Shown here piece by piece: positions 58,592 to 64,000 of a DNA stretch of 64,000 nucleotides (positions are counted from its first letter, which is position 1; each line of letters starts with the position of its first letter). The stretch is from an uncultured Elusimicrobia bacterium (lineage in GTDB: Bacteria > Elusimicrobiota > Elusimicrobia > 2-01-FULL-59-12). The translations under genes were made by a program, and so were the position numbers. The notes below the pieces were generated by a model that did no database searches, was not told where the DNA came from, and saw only the letters and a list, made by a program, of their open reading frames with translations. The stretch is from assembly GCA_963702895.1 (NCBI GenBank), contig OY969767.1, forward strand, positions 1,696,001 through 1,760,000. The letters run 5' to 3'.

Positions 58592-60103
58592 ATGGATGCT
58601 TCCATAAACACTTTTTTGTCGGGATCTCAACTGAGCTGGCCTGACTGGCTTGTGCTCTTGGGGCTGCTCGCCTTCATGATCGGACTGGGCTACAGGATGG
58701 GAGGCGGCCAGGCCACCACGATGGATTTTTTCCTCGCGCGGAGACAAATCCCCTGGTGGGCGGCTTGTCTTTCCTTTGTCGCCACCGAAGTGAGCGCGGT
58801 CACCATCATTTCGGTACCCGCCACCGCTTATATGGAAAACTGGGAGTACGCCCAGTTTTTTATCGGTTCGTTTGCCGCTCGGATCGCGATCGCCTATTAC
58901 TTCATCCCCGCGTTTTATCAATACAACTGCACCACCATCTATGAGTTTCTACGGCACCGCTTTGGCGCGGCGACACAATACATGGCAACCATCTTCTTTT
59001 TCATTACTCGTCTGTTGGGCTCTGGCGTACGTCTCATGGCCGCCTGCCTTGCGGTGAGCGTCCTCTTCGGATGGAACATCGTCCCCACGATCCTCCTCTT
59101 TAGTTTGATCAGCGTGGCTTACATCGCCTACGGTGGAATGCGTTCGGTGGTATGGACGGGGGTGTTGCAGGCGGTCGTCTTCATCGTGGGCGGGATCGCC
59201 AGCATCCTCTTTCTTCTGACACAGATCCCCGGCGGATGGCAGGGGATGCTGGAAACGGCGGGAGCGGCCGGGCGTCTGCATGTCTTCAACTGGGGCCCCG
59301 CTCTCGACACGCCGAATTATATCCGTCAGTTTCTGAAAGATCCCAATATCCTTTGGATCGCGATTTTAAATGGGTTTTTCGGGTCGCTGGCCGCTTTTGG
59401 CACGGACCAGGAGCTCATGCAGCGCTTGCTGACCCTGGAAACCCGCGAAAAAAGCCAACGCACGATGGTGCTGACGCCTTTTGCGTCCTTTTTTGTTCTT
59501 TCGATTTACCTGGCGATCGGGGCCTGTCTTTACGCTTTCTACGCGACGCATCCGCAGCTGCCTCTTCCAGAAAAACTGGACGCCATCTTTCCCCACTTTA
59601 TCGGAGGAGTCATGCCCGCGGTTTTACGCGGCCTGCTCTTGTCGGCCATCGTCATGGCGAGCATTGACTCGCCCCTGGCGTCCCTGGCGACCTCCTTTGT
59701 GACGGACATCTACAAACCACTCATCCGTTCAGGGAGGAGTGAGATGTTTTACTTAAGCCTCTCTCGCTGGTGCATCGGTGGGTTTGCCGTGCTTCTCGCC
59801 GTGATCGCCTATGCTTTTAGTTTTTTCCAGAACATCCTCTGGCTGGCCTTTAAAATCGGGGGCGTGACCTTTGGGTCCTTGCTGGGAGTGTTTCTCCTGG
59901 GGCTCCTCACTCAAAGGAAAGGAAATCGAGGCAATGTCGTGGCGATGATTGTGATGGCCGCCATCAACGCGACACTCCTGATTCTTTCCGAAACACATGT
60001 TTTAGCCATCGGTTGGACGTGGCTGGTCTTGATCGGGACGGCGGGGACGTTTATTCTGGGTTTTCTTTGGGGGCCGCGCTGGGAGTCACGCGTCTCTGCC
60101 TGA
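58592..60103 (+). CDS. Sodium:solute symporter family transporter
   Basis: DFFLA.R.IPWWA, GGMRSVVWT, DQ..MQR, MASIDS; ~13 TM helices. Confidence 0.9.
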   Translation: MDASINTFLSGSQLSWPDWLVLLGLLAFMIGLGYRMGGGQATTMDFFLARRQIPWWAACLSFVATEVSAVTIISVPATAYMENWEYAQFFIGSFAARIAIAYYFIPAFYQYNCTTIYEFLRHRFGAATQYMATIFFFITRLLGSGVRLMAACLAVSVLFGWNIVPTILLFSLISVAYIAYGGMRSVVWTGVLQAVVFIVGGIASILFLLTQIPGGWQGMLETAGAAGRLHVFNWGPALDTPNYIRQFLKDPNILWIAILNGFFGSLAAFGTDQELMQRLLTLETREKSQRTMVLTPFASFFVLSIYLAIGACLYAFYATHPQLPLPEKLDAIFPHFIGGVMPAVLRGLLLSAIVMASIDSPLASLATSFVTDIYKPLIRSGRSEMFYLSLSRWCIGGFAVLLAVIAYAFSFFQNILWLAFKIGGVTFGSLLGVFLLGLLTQRKGNRGNVVAMIVMAAINATLLILSETHVLAIGWTWLVLIGTAGTFILGFLWGPRWESRVSA

Positions 60104-60518
60104 GTTCATCCATATTCTTCTTGATCAGATCCAAAATCATCGGGAATTGAGCGGCCACGGCGTCAAAGCTCGCCTTTTCAAGGGCGTAGACCAGGCAGCG
60201 TTCATTCGACTTCACGAGCGCCGAAGCGGGTGACTCTTCAAACATGGATCGCTCCCCAAAAACATCCGGGCCTTTCAGGACGGCAAGCTGTTTTTTCTCG
60301 CCTCCAAGTCGCTTCCACACGCTCACCGACCCCGAGGAGAGAATAAAGAGCGTTTTGCCAAGCTCCTGATCCATCAAAATCACTTTCCCGACAGCGACAT
60401 CGCGCGCATCAAACTTGACCACCATCGCTTTGAGGGCTTCGTCGGGACAGGCCGCAAAGAGTGAAAGCCCTTTCAATATCGTGAACGCGTTTTGTTCCTG
60501 GTCGGGTTTGAGTTTCAT
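60051..60518 (-). CDS. Stand-alone cyclic-nucleotide-binding domain protein
   Basis: LF, LFILSSGSVSV, FGERS, ASA.V. Confidence 0.82.
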   Translation of the reverse strand: MKLKPDQEQNAFTILKGLSLFAACPDEALKAMVVKFDARDVAVGKVILMDQELGKTLFILSSGSVSVWKRLGGEKKQLAVLKGPDVFGERSMFEESPASALVKSNERCLVYALEKASFDAVAAQFPMILDLIKKNMDELRQRRVTPSAAPKENPE

Positions 60519-61399
60519 AGGATCTTCCTCAAAAAGCCTTTCGATTGATCGAGCAACCGCCTGGCCTCAGTGTACGAAATATTCTTTCGGGCCATCACAA
60601 TCGCCGTTTTGACCTGGCCCCTGGCCTGGTGGAAGAGACGACGGGCGTCGTTCCGGCTTGCCGGGCCCAATTCCTCGATCATGGCCAAGGCCCGCTCATA
60701 GAGCTTATGCGACTTGGGCTGCAAGTCCACCATACGGTTCCCATAGACTCTCCCCAATTGCACCATGCTGGCCGTGGTGATGATATTGAGTGCCATTTTA
60801 CAGGCGCTCCCCGCCTTGAGACGCGTTGAGCCCTTCAGAACCTCTGGCCCCGTAGGGAAGGCGATCCTCAAGTGGGCCAGGCCCTGCGCTGTTTTGGGAT
60901 TGCAAGTCAAGAGAATGGTTTTCGCCTTGCGTGACTTGGCGGCCTTTAACGCCGCATGGACATAGGGTGTCACCCCACTGGCGGCAATCCCGAGCACAAC
61001 ATCCTTTTTCCCAACACGGTGCTTGCGGAGAGCCGAGGTCCCGGCAGGCATGGAGTCTTCCGCCCCTTCCTGGGACCGAAATACAGCAGCGGCCCCGCCT
61101 GCCATCACCGCCTGAACCATCGAGGGAGGTGTTCCAAAGGTTGGAGGACATTCAGCGGCTTCCATGACACCGAGTCGTCCACTCGTTCCCGCACCAACCA
61201 GGATCAGACGCCCGCCAGTTCCGAGAGACGCCGATATGAGTCGAACGGCCCTGGCCATTTGGGGGGCCGCGCTGGAGATGGCCTTCAGGACATGACGGTC
61301 TTCTCTGTTCATGAGCCGAACGATCTCAAGAGGGGACAGCCGGTCCAGGTCCCGTGACCTGGGGTTCACTTTTTCCGTCGAGAGTGATGCGAAGTTCAT
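60515..61399 (-). CDS. murQ: N-acetylmuramic acid 6-phosphate etherase
   Basis: TE..NP, GAGTSGRLG, ECPPTF, EGAED, AASG.TPY, GPEV..GSTRLKAG, NRMVD. Confidence 0.95.
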   Translation of the reverse strand: MNFASLSTEKVNPRSRDLDRLSPLEIVRLMNREDRHVLKAISSAAPQMARAVRLISASLGTGGRLILVGAGTSGRLGVMEAAECPPTFGTPPSMVQAVMAGGAAAVFRSQEGAEDSMPAGTSALRKHRVGKKDVVLGIAASGVTPYVHAALKAAKSRKAKTILLTCNPKTAQGLAHLRIAFPTGPEVLKGSTRLKAGSACKMALNIITTASMVQLGRVYGNRMVDLQPKSHKLYERALAMIEELGPASRNDARRLFHQARGQVKTAIVMARKNISYTEARRLLDQSKGFLRKIL

Positions 61400-61550
61400 A
61401 AACCTGTTCCCTTCAGGATATCACTTTCCTCAAATATTTCTCAAAAAAGGCCCAATTATTTTTAGACCTTTCAGGATGGGTCATTTTGCTGACATATATA
61501 GCACAAGGAGTTGGTGTGGGGTCAAACCTAGCGGAGAAGGGGAGGAAGCC

Positions 61551-61949
61551 ATGCGAAGACCCACATCCATCATGATCGTCGAGAACAACACGGATTTACG
61601 GAATACCCTGCGGCATGTCTTTGAGGACCGTGGCTATCTGACTTGGACCTGCCCGCTGCCGGAAATCGCGATCTCCATCTTCCGAGCCATTCAGCCCAGC
61701 ATGATCATCCTAGACCTCGATTATGAGGATTGTAGCGCGATCCAGTTGCTGGACGATTGGCTCACCCAAGCACCCAGCACCCGTATTATTGTTGAAAGTG
61801 TTCGTGAAGACCGGATTCAAGAAGCCAAGGACCACGGCGCTCGCGAATATCTCACCAAACCCTATACCCTTGAGCCACTCTACGAGCTGATCGATCATGA
61901 TGAGGCGCCGGATCCGATAAGCCTGGGTCATGTCAACCACGCTGCTTAG
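61551..61949 (+). CDS. Single-domain response regulator receiver
   Basis: IMIVENN, IILDL, GA.EYLTKPY; RBS GGAGG. Confidence 0.82.
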   Translation: MRRPTSIMIVENNTDLRNTLRHVFEDRGYLTWTCPLPEIAISIFRAIQPSMIILDLDYEDCSAIQLLDDWLTQAPSTRIIVESVREDRIQEAKDHGAREYLTKPYTLEPLYELIDHDEAPDPISLGHVNHAA

Positions 61950-61997
61950 CCGACGGCTTGGCTCAAGGAGGCAGAAGTCACACGCTCTCTTATTTTC

Positions 61998-63035
61998 GGT
62001 GAATTCCACCATTAAGTGCAACACGCGGCATTGAAGGCCTCCCGTGAGGTTTGGAATTTAAGGCATTTCCGAGGACGATCGTTGAGCCAATCTTCGATCT
62101 GTTGAAAGCGTTCCGGTCCCATGGAATCGAGTCTGGTACGCTTTGGAACAAAACGACGAATTAAGCCATTGGTGTTCTCTACGGTTCCCTTTTCCCAGCT
62201 GTGGTAAGGCTGACAAAAGTATGAGGTCATGGCGAAGTCGTCATTGAGCACCGCGTGTTCAAAGTTCTCTGAACCATTGTCATAGGTGATGCTACGCCGA
62301 AGATGATCGGGGACATTCGTCAAAAGGCCTGTCAGGGCCGCGCGGGAGACCGGGGCGGTTTTATTCGGGATACCGCGCAGCTTACTGTAGCGGCTTTGTC
62401 GTTCGACCAGGACTTGCAGGGCAGGTAAGCCCGGGCCCACGATCAGATCGGTTTCCCAATGGCCTGCTTCGGAGCGCGTATTGGCCGCTTCCGGACGTTC
62501 CAAGATCGACACGCGTCCAGGAATGCCCACATGGCGTCGATAAGGGCGATACCGTCGAGACCAGCGTTTGGGATGGGAACGGACCAAGCATCCGATCAAG
62601 TCTGGGCGTTCGCTGTAGATCCATTGATAGATCGCTTCGTACCCGATGGAACCGAGATCCTTACGGTGTTTGCTGATGCGCCCGGCAATGAGTTCGGGGG
62701 ACCAGCCTTTGACCAGCATCTGTTCGACCTCGTGGCGTAAGACGTGGCTTTTGAGGCGCATCCGTTTGTGCCCGGTGCGCAAGCGAGTCTGGGATTGTTC
62801 TTGAGCATGCCGGGCGAAGTAACCGCCCTTTCCTCGGTTTCGATGGAGTTCTCGGGAGAGAGTTCCGATAGACCGGTTTAGGCGATTGCCGATGTCTCGC
62901 AAGGAGAGCCCGCGACTTCGATAAACAGCAAGCGTGTCTCGTTCTTTTTCAGTCATCTGTGTGTAGGTCATACCTGCCTATTGTAGGCCAGGCCTTCATG
63001 ACATCAGAGTGTTGCACTAGCATATGGAACTTCGG
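61998..63035 (-). mobile_element. IS30-family element (ends approximate)
   Basis: Imperfect TIRs around TTCCA....AGTGCAACAC (62004-62024) and GTGTTGCACT....TGGAA (63009-63029). Confidence 0.8.
62012..62971 (-). CDS. IS30 DDE transposase
   Basis: N-terminal HTH, WSPELI, GHWETD, SITYDNGSE, YFC.PY.SWEKGTVENTNGLIR, LNDRPRK. Confidence 0.95.
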   Translation of the reverse strand: MTYTQMTEKERDTLAVYRSRGLSLRDIGNRLNRSIGTLSRELHRNRGKGGYFARHAQEQSQTRLRTGHKRMRLKSHVLRHEVEQMLVKGWSPELIAGRISKHRKDLGSIGYEAIYQWIYSERPDLIGCLVRSHPKRWSRRYRPYRRHVGIPGRVSILERPEAANTRSEAGHWETDLIVGPGLPALQVLVERQSRYSKLRGIPNKTAPVSRAALTGLLTNVPDHLRRSITYDNGSENFEHAVLNDDFAMTSYFCQPYHSWEKGTVENTNGLIRRFVPKRTRLDSMGPERFQQIEDWLNDRPRKCLKFQTSREAFNAACCT

Positions 63036-63050
63036 GTCTTAATAAATATC

Positions 63051-63350
63051 TTGATTCTCAGACGGAAATCAGCTATAGTGTGATCGTTATGAACGGCAAA
63101 TTCTCCATTCCGCCCGCCACTACACCGTTGGCGGGCGCCCGCCAGCGAATTAGTGGCGGGGCGATGCACCTTGGCACGTGGGTAGCGCGTCCGCCACTGA
63201 GTGTTCGGCGGACGCCCGCCAGCGCTGTAGTGGCTGGGCGTAAGTGCTACCCCCGTTGGGTGCTTTCGGATTTGGAGAGATAAGCCGGCTCGAGCAAGCA
63301 ACATCCCAAACCCAAGGCACCCATCCTCCTGAGGATGGGTTTTTTGTTTT
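63051..63350 (+). promoter_or_regulatory. Promoter plus structured leader with alternative terminator/antiterminator
   Basis: TTGATT-N17-TATAGT; terminator ACCCATCCT/AGGATGGGT plus T-tract at 63319-63350; competing TGGGTGCTTT (63258-63267) pairing with AAGGCACCCA. Confidence 0.55.
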
Positions 63351-63393
63351 AAGCCTGCCGAGGGACGATCGGGAGCCAGAAAGTAGAGAAGAC

Positions 63394-63612
63394 ATGAACA
63401 TCGAAGACGCAGCAGAAGAAGTGCTGGTGAACCAACTGGCCATCGCCAGACAGAGCATCGAAGACCGGGACGCACGCATCCTGGACTTGCAAAGAAAAGT
63501 GGAATTGCTGGAAACCATGCTGAACAGGCTGGCTTCGCAGCGCTATGGTGTGCCTTCGCCGCAGCCGCAACCTTCGCTCAGACCGGCCCCAAAAAGATGG
63601 TCGGTCCGGTGA
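63394..63612 (+). CDS. Small coiled-coil hypothetical protein
   Basis: MNIEDAAEEVLVNQL...ILDLQRKVELLE heptad pattern, downstream of the leader. Confidence 0.5.
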   Translation: MNIEDAAEEVLVNQLAIARQSIEDRDARILDLQRKVELLETMLNRLASQRYGVPSPQPQPSLRPAPKRWSVR

Positions 63613-63664
63613 TGGACGGTTGCTTCAGAGGGGGGTGTTTCCTGAATTGGTATCATTAGCCGCT

Positions 63665-64000
63665 ATGCCAAAAGTGCTTACGGGACTCGAGGTCTTATGC
63701 GACCGTCACCTCGGAGATCTCCGAACAGCACGTGTGGGCGTTTTGTGCCATCAAGCTTCGGTGGACACGAAGCTGCGGCACATCGTCCCCCTTCTGCAGC
63801 ATCACGGGGTCAAGCTCGCGGCGCTCTTTGCGCCGGAACATGGCCTTTGGGGTGCAGCGCAGGATCAGGTGGCCATCAGCCCTCTCGAGGAAAAGCAGCT
63901 GCCCATCTACAGCCTCTATGGTGAGCGTAGGGCGCCCAACGCGGAGATGCTCAGAAACATCGACCTGCTCCTCTGTGACGTGCAGGATGTCGGCAGCCGA
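63665..64000 (+). CDS. Second NamZ/DUF1343 paralog, N-terminal part (runs off window end), no signal peptide
   Basis: Manual translation: MPKVLTGLEVL...RVGVLCHQASVD...LFAPEHGLWG...IYSLYG...DLLLCDVQDVGSR. Confidence 0.88.
   Translation, partial: MPKVLTGLEVLCDRHLGDLRTARVGVLCHQASVDTKLRHIVPLLQHHGVKLAALFAPEHGLWGAAQDQVAISPLEEKQLPIYSLYGERRAPNAEMLRNIDLLLCDVQDVGSR

Overview
GC-rich bacterial chromosome segment, probably Elusimicrobiota-like; this is an inference from the giant-protein architecture and gene content, not a database result. The housekeeping backbone includes argB/argD/argG, rsmD, mutY, aspA/fumC, acnA, sdhCAB, panD, lpdA-lipA-gcvT-gcvH, gcvPA-gcvPB with a lipoate ligase, type III GS, queG, a MurNAc-recycling cluster (namZ x2, SSS transporter, murQ), tRNA-Ala(GGC) and tRNA-Leu(CAA). 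Mobile DNA includes IS110, IS256, IS30, a probable MITE and several palindromic or short-tandem repeat families, some inserted in frame into conserved enzymes. Highlights: (1) an IS110 with a readable bridge RNA whose target guides match the genome's own REP-like palindrome; it is inserted in one copy and two empty perfect sites remain in the window. (2) A ~1950-aa exported modular protein containing a circularly permuted triosephosphate isomerase, a GHMP sugar kinase, an HExxH motif and repeated linker motifs. (3) Three ~200-230 nt rod-folding non-coding elements with shared loop motifs and compensatory stems, two of them back-to-back. (4) A GIY-YIG gene between tRNA-Ala and a tRNA-Ala copy whose arms are replaced by palindromes. 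(5) An archaeal (Sulfolobus Zfx-like) ferredoxin. No CRISPR array, rRNA or reverse transcriptase was seen.
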